Assembly: GCA_039812545.1 (NCBI GenBank) | Contig: JBDIAR010000001.1 | Span: 1,946-65,945 of the forward strand | From: Dermatophilaceae bacterium | GTDB taxonomy: Bacteria > Actinomycetota > Actinomycetes > Actinomycetales > Dermatophilaceae | Direction: 5' to 3' | Length of the DNA: 64,000 nt | In this document: positions 45,020 through 55,077 of the stretch, one piece after another | How the letters are laid out: each line of letters starts with the position of its first letter | Numbering within the stretch: the stretch's first letter is position 1 | The notes under the pieces: generated by a model | Database searches by the model: none | The model's input: only the letters and a program-made list of their open reading frames with translations | What the model was told of the DNA's origin: nothing | Translations under genes and position numbers: made by a program

Positions 45020-46348
45020 TCACGCGGTGCGGTCCCGCTCGTGGACGAGCCGTCCCGCGACCCAGGACCGGGCGACGTCGGCCGGACCGCCGAGGGTGAA
45101 CAGCGCCGCAATTGCCTGGTCCGGTGAATCTGTATGCCGGAGAACGGTGTCCGTCGTCGATCCAGGATCCGGGCGCAGCCATATCGCGTCGAACTGCTTG
45201 CCGATCGAGAAGTCGCCCGCGTCCCGGTCGATCCCCAGCGCTTTCGCGCCGGCCGACGTCGCCAGAAAGAGCAATTGGGCCGGGGTCAGCGGCCATCCGC
45301 TGTCGCCGAGCAGACGCTGGACGAAGTAGGCCTGCAGCCCCTCCTTGAGCAGACAAAAGCCCGTGCCGGCGCCGACGTCGCTTCCCAGGGCCACATTGAC
45401 CCCGGCGGTCACGTGCCGGCGCATCGGGAAGAGGCCGCTGCCCAGTGAGGCATTGCTCGTGGGGCAATGCGCGACGTGGGCCTTCGCCTCGGCGAGTGCC
45501 GTCAGCTCGGTGGTCCTCGGGTGGACATTGTGCGCGAGCACGCAACGCCGGTGGACCAGTCCGTGCTTGCGGTAGGTGCCCAGGTAGTTCTCCGAGGTCG
45601 GGAAAAGGCTTGCCACCTGGGCGATTTCGGAGTTGTTCTCGTTGAGGTGGGAGGTGACCAGGATGCCTGGGGCAAGTTCTTGAAGCTCGGCACAGACTGC
45701 CAGCAGTTCGTCCGACGCGGTCAGCGCGAAGCGCGGTGTGACGGCATACCGGAGCAGTCCCCGCCCGTGCCACCGGGCGATCAGCTCACGGCCCTGCGCC
45801 AGCGCGTCCTCGGGCGTGGTGAGCAGTTCGGGACGAAGTCCCCGATCGGCCAGGACCTGACCGGCGGCCAACCGCAGCCCGGTCCCATCGGCGGCGGCGA
45901 AGAACTCCGCCATCGCGCCCGCGAAGTGGGACCCGAAGACCAAGGCGCTCGTCGTCCCCGCGGCGGCGAGGCCGGTCAGGAACTCGACGGCCACCTGCGC
46001 GGCATACCCGTGGTCGGCGAACTTGGACTCCTCGGGCAGGGCGCATTCGTCCAGCCACTCCAGCAGGGGCCGGCCGAGGCCGCCGATGACCCTGGTCTGG
46101 GGGTAGTGCACATGTGCGTCGACGAATCCCGGCAGGACGACACCATCGGGGAGCCGAACGACGGCGGCGTTCGGATGCTCCTCGGTCAACTCGGCCGGCG
46201 AACCGCGCGCACTGATCCGGCCGTCTCGCACGAGCAGGGCGCCGTCGTGACAGCGCAGCGGCTCTCGCGGGTCGTCCCGGTATGCCGGGTCGAACGGATC
46301 GACCGGGACGTCGACGAACGTCGCCGCGAAGATCTGCTCGACGCTCAC
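45020..46348 (-). CDS. guaD: Guanine deaminase
   Basis: PGFVDAHVHYPQ, TSHLNENNSEI, HCPTSNASLGSG, GSDVGAG. The GTG start overlaps the xdhC stop (GTGA). Confidence 0.9.
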   Translation of the reverse strand: MSVEQIFAATFVDVPVDPFDPAYRDDPREPLRCHDGALLVRDGRISARGSPAELTEEHPNAAVVRLPDGVVLPGFVDAHVHYPQTRVIGGLGRPLLEWLDECALPEESKFADHGYAAQVAVEFLTGLAAAGTTSALVFGSHFAGAMAEFFAAADGTGLRLAAGQVLADRGLRPELLTTPEDALAQGRELIARWHGRGLLRYAVTPRFALTASDELLAVCAELQELAPGILVTSHLNENNSEIAQVASLFPTSENYLGTYRKHGLVHRRCVLAHNVHPRTTELTALAEAKAHVAHCPTSNASLGSGLFPMRRHVTAGVNVALGSDVGAGTGFCLLKEGLQAYFVQRLLGDSGWPLTPAQLLFLATSAGAKALGIDRDAGDFSIGKQFDAIWLRPDPGSTTDTVLRHTDSPDQAIAALFTLGGPADVARSWVAGRLVHERDRTA

Positions 46349-47196
46349 GGCGACTCCCCGGACGCGGGTTCGGGTTCGCGTGCTGCGGCCACTTCCAACT
46401 CACGCAGGACCGCGACCGCGACGTCGACGGCGACCACGGCGGGTTCCTTTCCGCGCAGGGTCCCCGAACCCACCGGGCAGCGGATCGCGTCCACGGCGGC
46501 CCCGTCGTGACCCTCCGCCAGCAGCATCCGGCGGAAGCGAGCCCACTTGGCGGCCGAACCGATCAGCCCGATGGTCGCCACGCGCGGGTCGCGCAGCGCG
46601 GCATCGCAGATGGCGAAGTCCTCCGCGTGATCGTGCGTCATCACCAGTACGTGCGCACCGGACGGTGCGGTCGCCAGGGCCTGCTCCGGGATGAGCGACT
46701 GGCGGGGGACGAGGATAGCCGGGCCCCCGTCCAAGGCGTCGAGCCGGAGCGGATCGAGTTGCCCCGGGCGCGAATCGACCAGGGTCAGGTGGATCTCGCA
46801 CCTGCTGAGGATGCGGGCGAGTTCGTAACCGACATGGCCGAAGCCGAAGAGCACGACGGCCGGAGCGGGCCGCAGCGGTTCGAGGAGCACCCGGACCCGG
46901 CCACCGCAGCACTGCCGTTGTCCGTCGTGGTCCGCGTGTGGCGAGAGGTCGTGGTCGAGGTACTCCGGTGGCGGCGCGATTCCGGACGCGACCATCGACG
47001 CCAGCAGGCTCCGGGCGCGGGTGACGGCCCGATGCTCCACGGCACCGCCGCCGATGCTGCCGGTCGTGAACCCCTCTCCGACCACCATCTTCGCGCCCGC
47101 TGCGCGAGGTGAGTGCCCGTGTACCTCGACGAGAGTGACGAGCGCGACGGGTATGCCGTCGCGTCGGGACCGGGCCAGAGCCTCACTCCAGTGCAT
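46345..47196 (-). CDS. xdhC: Xanthine dehydrogenase accessory (Moco insertion) protein XdhC
   Basis: VALVTLVEVHGHSPRAAGAKMVV...GSIGGG and VVLFGFGHVGYELARIL (Rossmann-like). Confidence 0.8.
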   Translation of the reverse strand: MHWSEALARSRRDGIPVALVTLVEVHGHSPRAAGAKMVVGEGFTTGSIGGGAVEHRAVTRARSLLASMVASGIAPPPEYLDHDLSPHADHDGQRQCCGGRVRVLLEPLRPAPAVVLFGFGHVGYELARILSRCEIHLTLVDSRPGQLDPLRLDALDGGPAILVPRQSLIPEQALATAPSGAHVLVMTHDHAEDFAICDAALRDPRVATIGLIGSAAKWARFRRMLLAEGHDGAAVDAIRCPVGSGTLRGKEPAVVAVDVAVAVLRELEVAAAREPEPASGESP

Positions 47197-49486
47197 CGGC
47201 CCGCGCCTTCTCCAGCGCCCACCAGACCGCCTCCGGCGTTGCGGGACAACCGATTTCGACCGAGTGTCGGCCGTCGCCGAAGGCCGCAACGGCCTCACGC
47301 AGAGCCTCGCGGACGGCGATGGCCAGCATGAGTGGCGGCTCCCCGACCGCCTTCGACCCGTAGATGGCGCCGTCCTCGGTGGCGTCGTCGAGGAGGTGGA
47401 CGTTGAATTCGTCGGGCAGCTCCGAGAAGCTCGGCAGCTTGTACGTGCTGGCGGTCTGCGTGGTGATGCGGCCGGTGGGGGTCGCTCCGTGGGGGCCCGG
47501 GTCGGTGTCCCAGCGGAGTTCTTCGAGGGTGAGCCAGCCCAGCCCTTGGACGAACCCGCCCTCGATCTGCCCGATGTCGATGCCGGGCGACAGGCTGTCC
47601 CCGACGTCGTGGACGATGTCCACCCGGATCAGCCGATACCCTCCGGTGAAGCCGTCCACCTCCACCTCGGCGGCCGCCGCCCCGTAGGCGAAGTACTTGA
47701 ACGGTTCGCCACGCAGCGCCACCGGATCCCAGTGCAGCCCCTCGGTACGGTAGAACCCGTTGGCGGACAACGAGACCCGGTCGAAGTAGGCGGCCGAGAC
47801 GCGCTTGTCCCAATCCAGGTGCGCGTAGGGCTCCAGTCGCTCGACGATCTGACGGCAGGCGTCGCGGATCGCGGCTCCGTTGAGATCGGCTCCCGAACTC
47901 GCCGCCGTCGCAGATGTGTTGGGGACCTTGTCGGTGCGGGTCGCCGCCACCCTGACGTGCGACATCGGCACCCCGAGCGCGGTGGCCGCGACCTGCAGCA
48001 TCTTCGTGTGCAGCCCCTGGCCCATCTCCGTGCCGCCGTGGTTGATGAGCACCGAGCCGTCTTTGTAGACGTGGACGAGCGCCCCGGCCTGGTTGAACGC
48101 GGTGAAGTTGAACGAGATTCCGAACTTCACCGGCGTCACGGCGATGGCCCGCCGGGTATGCCGGTGTTCGGCGTTCCAGCCGACGATCGCCGCGCGTCGC
48201 GAGTCCAGGTCGGCCCGGTCGGCGAGCGTCGACCAGATCCGGTCCAGGCGTTCGGCGTGGCGGACGGGTTGGCCGTACGGCGTGGACTGGCCGGGTTGGT
48301 AGAAGTTGCGGCGTCGCAACTCGTGGGCGGGAATGCCGAGCAACGGGGCACTGCGCCCGATGACCTCCTCGACCACGAGCATGCCCTGCGGTCCGCCGAA
48401 TCCGCGGAAGGCGGTCTGGGACGTCTTGTTCGTCCGGGCGACCGCCCCCTCGACGCGGACATGAGGGATGAAGTAGGCGTTGTCGAAATGGCACAACGCC
48501 CGCGCGAGAACGGGTTCGGACAGATCGAGGCTGAAGCCCCCGTCGCTGGTGAGCCGCGCCTCCAGCGCCTCGAGGCGGCCCTCGGAGGACCAGCCCGCGC
48601 GGAAGGTGACGTGGAACGGATGGCGCTTGCCGGTCATCGTGAAGTCCAGCGACCGCGTCAGACGCAGCCGCACCGGCCGCCCGGTGAGGACGGCGCCGAG
48701 GGCGGCGATCGCGGCATACCCGTGCGGTTGCATCTCCTTGCCGCCGAAGCCGCCACCCATCCGCAGGCACTGGACGGTCACGGCGCTGCTCGGCAGGTCG
48801 AGCACGTGGGCGACGATGTCCTGGGTCTCGCTGGGGTGCTGGGTCGAGCACTGCACGAACACCTGACCGTTCTCGTCCACCTCGGCCAAGGCCGCCTGGG
48901 TCTCCAGGTAGAAGTGTTCCTGACCGCCGATCTCGAACTCTCCTTCGACGACGAGATCGGCTGCTGCCAAGGCGGATTCGGTGTCACCCCGCACGACGCT
49001 GCGCCGCCCGCCTTGATAGCTGCCGGCGGCGATGGCATCGGCGACGGTCAGGATCGGGGTGAGCGGTTCGATCTCGACGACGACGGCCGCGGCGCCCGTC
49101 CGGGCCGCCTCCAGCGTCTCGCCGAGCACCCACGACACGGCCTGACCGTGATAGACGACCTCGGCGGGGAACAGCGGCTCGTCGTGTTTGATCCCGCTGT
49201 CGGCCACTCCGGGGACATCGTCGGCGCACAGCACCCGCACGACCCCCGGGATCCGGTATGCCGGTGCGGCGTCCAGCTTCGTGACGATCCCGTGAGCGCA
49301 GGCGGTCTGGACCGGCCAGGCGTGCAGGACCCCCGGCCGCCGCCCGACGAGGTCGTCGGTGTAGAGCGCTTGGCCGGTCACGTGCAGCGCCGCGCTCTCG
49401 TGCGGCACCGTTTCGCCGACCACCGAGTTATCCGGGCGGACCGCGAGGTCGGCGTCGACGCGATACCCCTGGTTCTCCTGGCTCAC
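47183..49486 (-). CDS. xdhB: Xanthine dehydrogenase molybdopterin-binding subunit
   Basis: GTG 49486 overlaps the xdhA stop (GTGA). HESAALHVTGQALYTDD, RMGGGFGGKE, AFRGFGGPQG, GEPPL near the C-terminus. Confidence 0.9.
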   Translation of the reverse strand: MSQENQGYRVDADLAVRPDNSVVGETVPHESAALHVTGQALYTDDLVGRRPGVLHAWPVQTACAHGIVTKLDAAPAYRIPGVVRVLCADDVPGVADSGIKHDEPLFPAEVVYHGQAVSWVLGETLEAARTGAAAVVVEIEPLTPILTVADAIAAGSYQGGRRSVVRGDTESALAAADLVVEGEFEIGGQEHFYLETQAALAEVDENGQVFVQCSTQHPSETQDIVAHVLDLPSSAVTVQCLRMGGGFGGKEMQPHGYAAIAALGAVLTGRPVRLRLTRSLDFTMTGKRHPFHVTFRAGWSSEGRLEALEARLTSDGGFSLDLSEPVLARALCHFDNAYFIPHVRVEGAVARTNKTSQTAFRGFGGPQGMLVVEEVIGRSAPLLGIPAHELRRRNFYQPGQSTPYGQPVRHAERLDRIWSTLADRADLDSRRAAIVGWNAEHRHTRRAIAVTPVKFGISFNFTAFNQAGALVHVYKDGSVLINHGGTEMGQGLHTKMLQVAATALGVPMSHVRVAATRTDKVPNTSATAASSGADLNGAAIRDACRQIVERLEPYAHLDWDKRVSAAYFDRVSLSANGFYRTEGLHWDPVALRGEPFKYFAYGAAAAEVEVDGFTGGYRLIRVDIVHDVGDSLSPGIDIGQIEGGFVQGLGWLTLEELRWDTDPGPHGATPTGRITTQTASTYKLPSFSELPDEFNVHLLDDATEDGAIYGSKAVGEPPLMLAIAVREALREAVAAFGDGRHSVEIGCPATPEAVWWALEKARADALE

Positions 49487-50988
49487 CGGACCGCCTCGCT
49501 CACCGGGTTCTCGGCATACAGCTTGCGCAGTGCCTGGCCGAGCATTGCACAGCGATACGCGGCGCTCGCGCGGTGATCCGACAGGGGTGTGCCCTCGGTG
49601 CCCAAGACCGCGGATGCCCGGTCGATCGTGTCGGATTCCCAACGCCGGCCGACGAGTTCGGCCTCGGTGCGGACGGCGCGCAGCGGCGTGGCGGCGACGC
49701 CGCCGAGCCCGATCGCCGCCCGCGTGACGATCCCGTCCTCGACGTCGATGGCGAAGGCGATCGCCACCGAGGAGATGTCGTCGAACCGGCGCTTGGCGAT
49801 CTTGTGGAAGGCCGCCAGCCGCGGCGTCGCGGTGGCGAGCGGGACGAGGACGGCGGTGATGAGTTCGTCCGACCGGCGCACCGTATGCCGGTAGCCGGTG
49901 AAGTACTCCGTCAACGGGATCGTGCGCCGGCCGTCGGCTCGGCTGCTCAGCACGACGGAGGCGTCCAAGGCCAACAGAACGGGCGGGGAGTCGCCGATCG
50001 GCGACGCCGTGCCGAGGTTGCCGCCCAGCGTGGCCCGATTGCGGATCAACCTGCTGGCGAACTGGGGGATCAGCATGCCCAGCAACGGGATTCGGCGACC
50101 GAGGACCTCATCGATCTGGGTCAACGTCGCAGTGGCTCCGATGGTCACCGAGTCGTCGCCCACCTCGATGGCGCGCAGCTCTGACAGGTGATCGATCGCC
50201 AGGATCGAGCCGGGCCGGGCGTGCTTGAGGTTGACGTCGACCCCGTAGTCGGTGGCCCCGGCCACGATCTGCTGATCCGGATCGCGGGCGAGCAGGTCGA
50301 GCGCCTCGTCGAGGTCACCCGGTCGACGATAGGTCGCCGCTGCGGTCGCGACCTCGAACCCCCGCAGGTCGGTCGGCTCGGCGGGAGCGGCCAAGACGTC
50401 ATCGGCCGTCGGAGTGTCGAGTTCGTAGGCGGCGTCACGGATCGAGCGATATCCGGTGCACCGGCACAGGTTCCCGGACAGCGCGTGGAGGTCGAAACCG
50501 TTCGGTCCGTGGAGGTGGCCCTCGTTCGCTCCCGAAGGATGGTCCTGATGGTCCTGATGGTCCTGATGGCCCTCCGGGGCGTCGCCGGCCCGGCCGGGCC
50601 GGTAGTACTCGGCGGCCATCGAGCAGACGAACCCCGGTGTGCAGTAACCACATTGCGAGCCGCCGGCGCGCGCCATGGCCTCTTGCACGGGGTGGAGCGC
50701 ATCCGGTGTGCCCAGTCCCTCAGCGGTGCGGACCTCGCGCCCCGCCAGCCACAGAGCCGGGGCGAGGCAGGCGTTCACGGCCGACCATTGACGGTGTGCG
50801 CCGGGCGTCTCGTCGGCGACGAGGACCGCGCAGGCACCACATTCGCCCTCGGCGCAACCCTCTTTGGCACCGGTCAGGCCCTGGGTTCGCAACCAGTCGA
50901 GGGCACTGGTATGCGCGCCGGCGTCGGCAAGGGACATCGCCCGTCCGTTCACCACGACGGACGGCAGCGCGGGCCGGGTCACCTCCAC
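49483..50988 (-). CDS. xdhA: Xanthine dehydrogenase Fe-S/FAD subunit
   Basis: GTG 50988 follows GAGGAGGGTGGAGG. GCAEGECGACAV and CGYCTPGF...CRCTGY, then the FAD domain AGATDYGVDVN. His-rich insert EGHQDHQDHQDH. Confidence 0.9.
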   Translation of the reverse strand: MEVTRPALPSVVVNGRAMSLADAGAHTSALDWLRTQGLTGAKEGCAEGECGACAVLVADETPGAHRQWSAVNACLAPALWLAGREVRTAEGLGTPDALHPVQEAMARAGGSQCGYCTPGFVCSMAAEYYRPGRAGDAPEGHQDHQDHQDHPSGANEGHLHGPNGFDLHALSGNLCRCTGYRSIRDAAYELDTPTADDVLAAPAEPTDLRGFEVATAAATYRRPGDLDEALDLLARDPDQQIVAGATDYGVDVNLKHARPGSILAIDHLSELRAIEVGDDSVTIGATATLTQIDEVLGRRIPLLGMLIPQFASRLIRNRATLGGNLGTASPIGDSPPVLLALDASVVLSSRADGRRTIPLTEYFTGYRHTVRRSDELITAVLVPLATATPRLAAFHKIAKRRFDDISSVAIAFAIDVEDGIVTRAAIGLGGVAATPLRAVRTEAELVGRRWESDTIDRASAVLGTEGTPLSDHRASAAYRCAMLGQALRKLYAENPVSEAVR

Positions 50989-51108
50989 CCTCCACCCTCC
51001 TCACGTCGTTGGCCGGGACGCCTCCTGGCGCGCCGTCGCGCCTCGGGGCGTTCGGCATACGGTAGACCTGTTGGACCCCCCACAGCCAGCGCTGACACAC
51101 TGGCCGCC

Positions 51109-51895
51109 GTGCGCTTCCTGCTGATCCGGCACGGTCAATCGACCAACAACCTGCTCTCGCGCAGGGTCGTGGCGGCGCGGTCCGCGACCCGGATCCCGGG
51201 CTCACCGACCTCGGCGTCCGACAAGCGGCCAAGCTCGCCCGGCTCGCCGGTTCGGGCGGCCTGCCGTGGCCGCCGAGCGTGGTCTACACCAGCTTGAGGT
51301 GCGTGCCGTCCAGACCGCGGCACCGGTGGCCCGTGCCCTGGGGCTTCCGCTGATCGGGCACGCCGAGGTGTACGAGTGCGGCGGACCGTACGAGGACCTC
51401 GCCGGGGACGGTCGTCGCACCGCGCATCCCGGCAGCCCGTGGTCGGTAATCGAGGCCGTCGCCGCTGCGGCGGGGATGAGGATCGAGCTCCCCGACCCGA
51501 TCGGCGAGCAGGGCTGGCATACCGGCCCGTACGAGTCACCCGGCGACATCTCGGCGCGAGCGGCGCGGGTGGTCTCCGGACTGCGGTCCCGCCATTGCGA
51601 TGACGCCGTGATCGCCGTCGTCAGCCACGGCTGTTTGATCAACCAGCTTCTCCGCGCCCTGCTCGGGATCGTCACGATGACAGGCTGGTTCGCCATCCAC
51701 AACGCCGGTGTGACGGGCGTGTTCGACGAGGAATGGGAGCTGTCCTCCGTCACGGCGGGGCCCATCGACTGGACCCCTCACCTGCGGCCCGACGAGGTCA
51801 CCGACTGGGGTCGTGGACGCGCTCACGGACAGGGCCACCGCATACGGGCAGAGCGCGTGTCGACGGTCCCGGGCACGCTGTTAGATTTGCGCTGA
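51109..51895 (+). pseudogene. Histidine phosphatase (phosphoglycerate mutase-like) gene split over three reading frames
   Basis: Frame 1 from GTG 51109 reads VRFLLIRHGQSTNNLL. Frame 3 reads RDPDPGLTDLGVRQAAKLA...PPSVVYTSL. Frame 2 reads RAVQTAAPVARALGLPLIGHAEVYE... to 51895. Shifts lie near 51155-51180 and about 51293. Confidence 0.5.
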
Positions 51896-51941
51896 CAGTG
51901 CGGCCGAGCTGTGGTCGGCCCGCGGAAGGAGGCTGGTCCCC

Positions 51942-53072
51942 ATGGCCCGTCGGGTGCTCATCGCCTGTGACAAGTTCAAGGGCTCACTCACCGCCACCGA
52001 GGTCGTCGACACCATCGAGCGGGCGCTGACGGCGGCCGTGCCGGACGTGCGGGTCAGCTCGTTGCTGGTCGCCGACGGCGGAGACGGGACGCTGGACGCG
52101 GCGGTGCGGGCCGGGTACGAACGGGTTCCGTTGACCGTGGCCGGACCGACGGGCGAACCCAACCCCACCTCGTATGCCGTCAAGGACGGCACCGCGGTCG
52201 TGGAGATGGCCGATGCGTGCGGCATCGTCAAACTGCCGGGGGGCCGCCGGGAGCCGCTGACGGCGACCAGCCGGGGGGTCGGTGAGGTACTCCGGGCCGT
52301 CCTCGACCGCGCGGATGTCAGCCGGATATATCTCGGGATCGGGGGCTCGGCGAGCACCGACGGCGGCGCCGGGATGCTGCAGGCCCTCGGGGCCCGGATC
52401 TGCGACGTCGCGGGGCAGCAGTTGCCCGACGGCGGCGGTCCGCTCGCCGATGTGGCGACCGTCGACTTCTCCGGTCTCCACCCGCGGCTGCGCGACGTCG
52501 AGGTGATCGTGGCGTGCGATGTCAACAACCCGCTGCTCGGGGACATGGGGGCACCGGCGATCTTCGCACCGCAGAAGGGCGCCTCGGCGGACGAGGTGGC
52601 CCTCCTCGACGCCAACCTCGCCCGGTTCGCCGCACTCGTCACGGCGGCGGTCGGCCGCGACGACACGAGTCGCCCCGGTGCCGGAGCCGCCGGTGGGGTG
52701 GGGTATGCCGCGCAGGCCGTCCTCGACGCGCGGATGGTGCCCGGAGTCGAATTCGTGCTCGGGCTGGCGGATTTCGCCGAACAGGTCAAGGGTGCCTCGC
52801 TCGTCGTCACCGGTGAGGGGTCGATCGACCGGCAGACCCTGCTCGGCAAGACCCCCGCGGGCGTCGCCGACGCGGCGCGGGCCGCCGGGGTGCGCACGGT
52901 CGCGGTCTGCGGCCGTAACCAACTCGAAGCCGGCGACGTCGAGGACTCCGGCATCGAGCGGGTCTACGCACTGACCGACCTCGAGCCCGACCCCGAGATC
53001 TGCATGGCGCAGGCCGGCCCGCTCTTGGCGCAGCTCGTGACCCGGGTGGCGGCCGACTGGTTGACTGCGTGA
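51942..53072 (+). CDS. glxK: Glycerate kinase
   Basis: RVLIACDKFKGSLTA, LVADGGDGTLD, GGSASTDGGAGM, VVTGEGSIDRQTLLGK. Confidence 0.9.
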   Translation: MARRVLIACDKFKGSLTATEVVDTIERALTAAVPDVRVSSLLVADGGDGTLDAAVRAGYERVPLTVAGPTGEPNPTSYAVKDGTAVVEMADACGIVKLPGGRREPLTATSRGVGEVLRAVLDRADVSRIYLGIGGSASTDGGAGMLQALGARICDVAGQQLPDGGGPLADVATVDFSGLHPRLRDVEVIVACDVNNPLLGDMGAPAIFAPQKGASADEVALLDANLARFAALVTAAVGRDDTSRPGAGAAGGVGYAAQAVLDARMVPGVEFVLGLADFAEQVKGASLVVTGEGSIDRQTLLGKTPAGVADAARAAGVRTVAVCGRNQLEAGDVEDSGIERVYALTDLEPDPEICMAQAGPLLAQLVTRVAADWLTA

Positions 53073-53773
53073 CCGAGCCGCCGCCGGCGCCGTTGCCGAT
53101 CGTCCTGGTCCACGGGCTGGGCCAGGGGCCGTTGGCCTGGCAGGACGTCATCTCGGCGCTCGCCGTCGACAACGGCCTGGGCGCACGTCCCTACCTCGCC
53201 CCCTGGATCAGTGGGTTGCGACCCAAGACGGAGCGATTCGAGTTCGACGCGGCGGTCGGTGACTTCGCCCGCCAGGTCGACCTCGGCGTGGGGCCGGACC
53301 GGCCGGTCGTACTGTGCGGGATCTCGCTCGGTGCCCAACTCGCGACCCGGTATGCCGCCCAGTACCCCTCCCGCGTGGCGGGGCTCGTCCTCGTCGGCGG
53401 TCAGGTGCGTCCACCGAAGTTGGCGATGTCCTTGCAGGCCAAGGCGTTACGACTGGTCCCGAAGGCCCGGTTCGAGGCGTTGGGCGTGTCGAAGAAGCGG
53501 ACCCTCGGCGTACTGGACACCGTCGCCCGGATCGACCTCGGCGACGACCTGCCGCAGATCGCGGCCCCGACCGTGGTGGTCTGCGGGTCCCGTGATCGGC
53601 CCAATGTCGCTGCGGCCCGGGAACTCGTCCAGGGGATCGCACAGGCTCAACTACACCTCGTCGCCAAGGGCGGTCACGCCCTCAACACCGAGCGTCCCGG
53701 CGACCTGGCCGCCGTCATCGCCGGGCTGGTCGGCATCCTCGAAGGACGTCCTACGCCCGACGAGGGTGCCTGA
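53069..53773 (+). CDS. Alpha/beta-fold hydrolase
   Basis: The GTG overlaps the glxK stop (GTGA). IVLVHGLGQG; nucleophile elbow GISLG; C-terminal GGHALN. Confidence 0.8.
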   Translation: MTEPPPAPLPIVLVHGLGQGPLAWQDVISALAVDNGLGARPYLAPWISGLRPKTERFEFDAAVGDFARQVDLGVGPDRPVVLCGISLGAQLATRYAAQYPSRVAGLVLVGGQVRPPKLAMSLQAKALRLVPKARFEALGVSKKRTLGVLDTVARIDLGDDLPQIAAPTVVVCGSRDRPNVAAARELVQGIAQAQLHLVAKGGHALNTERPGDLAAVIAGLVGILEGRPTPDEGA

Positions 53774-53785
53774 GTCGGCGGCCCG

Positions 53786-54442
53786 CTATCGGCGGGTGCG
53801 TGCACCCGGTCCGATGTGTTCGTCGAGCCACGCCACGAAGGGGCGGAGGCCGGTCCACCCGTCGCGTACCCGATCGAATGCCTCGCCGGTGTGCAACCAG
53901 GCCGGACTGCCGTAATCGTGACGCAGCGTGATGGTGTTGTGCCGCATGAGGTTCAGGCGCGGGTGATCGGCGGGCACGCCACGCGGACGGGTGGCGACGA
54001 GCTCACCCCCGCACTCATAACCGGATCTCGTCGCGGTCCTGATGATCCGCTCCAGCGCCGCGCCGGACGCCGGGGAGTCGACGGCCGCCCGGTAGCGCCG
54101 ACGTTGATCCGGGTCCAGAAGGTAGCCGCCCGCTCCGACGAAGAGCCCGTCGGCGTCGACGTGCACGTAGTACGCGAAACCACCCGGCGACTCGCACCAC
54201 GCACCCTGATGGGTCTTGTAGGGCGACGTGTCGACGGCGAAGCGAACATCGCGGTGCGGGCGGAAGACGTGCGCCGTCCCGAACCGAGCCGCCAACTCCG
54301 TCACGAGTGCGGTGATGGGGCCGCGCACGACCTCGGCATACCGGTCCTTGTTCTCGCTCCACCAGGTTCTGGTGTTGTCCCGCTCGAGTTCGTCGAAGAA
54401 GACCAATGCATCGTGCGGTATGCCGGTGAAGGCCGTTGTCAT
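53786..54442 (-). CDS. DUF2461-family protein
   Basis: MTTAFTGIPHDALVFFDELERDNTRTWWSENKDRY...RPHRDVRFAVDTSPYKTH. The ATG overlaps the TetR stop (ATGA). Confidence 0.8.
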   Translation of the reverse strand: MTTAFTGIPHDALVFFDELERDNTRTWWSENKDRYAEVVRGPITALVTELAARFGTAHVFRPHRDVRFAVDTSPYKTHQGAWCESPGGFAYYVHVDADGLFVGAGGYLLDPDQRRRYRAAVDSPASGAALERIIRTATRSGYECGGELVATRPRGVPADHPRLNLMRHNTITLRHDYGSPAWLHTGEAFDRVRDGWTGLRPFVAWLDEHIGPGARTRR

Positions 54443-55077
54443 CGCGGGTCGCCCGGTTCCGTCGAGGCCGTCAGCTGCGTTGGGGTGATCGCGTCCAGGG
54501 CCCGCAGCAATGTGGGAATGAGGTCCTCCGGGCAACCGCGGCGGTACCACTCCTCGGCGGCCAGCCACAAGGCGAACAGGATCGATCCGGTGACCGCCAC
54601 GGCCTCACCGAGCGAACGCTGCGGTGGCACAGGGGATTCGACCAGGGCGTCACCAAGTCGCCAGGCGTAGTCGTCCAGGATGACGAAGGCCCCGCGCCGC
54701 ACGGCCGGTACCTCCAGGTAGTACCGCATCCGGCGCGTGGTCAGTTCGTCCTGACGGGTATGGGTCCACGAGAACATGCCGAGCGCCCGCCGGGCCGCGG
54801 TCCACGGATCGGTGTCCTTGAGCTGGTCCAGCACGGCGTCGAGCAGGGTGTCGTCATATTCATCATGGATGACGACGCCCTCCTTCGTCCCGAAGTACCG
54901 GTACACCGAACTCGGCGACACCTCGGCGGCGGCTGCGACCTCCTCGATCGTCACCGCGTCGAAGCCGCGGGCGTCGAAGAGGTCGAGTGCGACCCGCTGA
55001 ATGGTGCGCATCGCCGCACTGCGCTTGCGCGCCCGCAACCCCTGCTCGCTCGGCATACCGGAGCGGTGCTCGTGCAC
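54439..55077 (-). CDS. TetR-family transcriptional regulator
   Basis: RTIQRVALDLFDARGFDAVTIEEVAAAAEVSPSSVYRYFGTKE (HTH). Confidence 0.85.
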   Translation of the reverse strand: MHEHRSGMPSEQGLRARKRSAAMRTIQRVALDLFDARGFDAVTIEEVAAAAEVSPSSVYRYFGTKEGVVIHDEYDDTLLDAVLDQLKDTDPWTAARRALGMFSWTHTRQDELTTRRMRYYLEVPAVRRGAFVILDDYAWRLGDALVESPVPPQRSLGEAVAVTGSILFALWLAAEEWYRRGCPEDLIPTLLRALDAITPTQLTASTEPGDPR

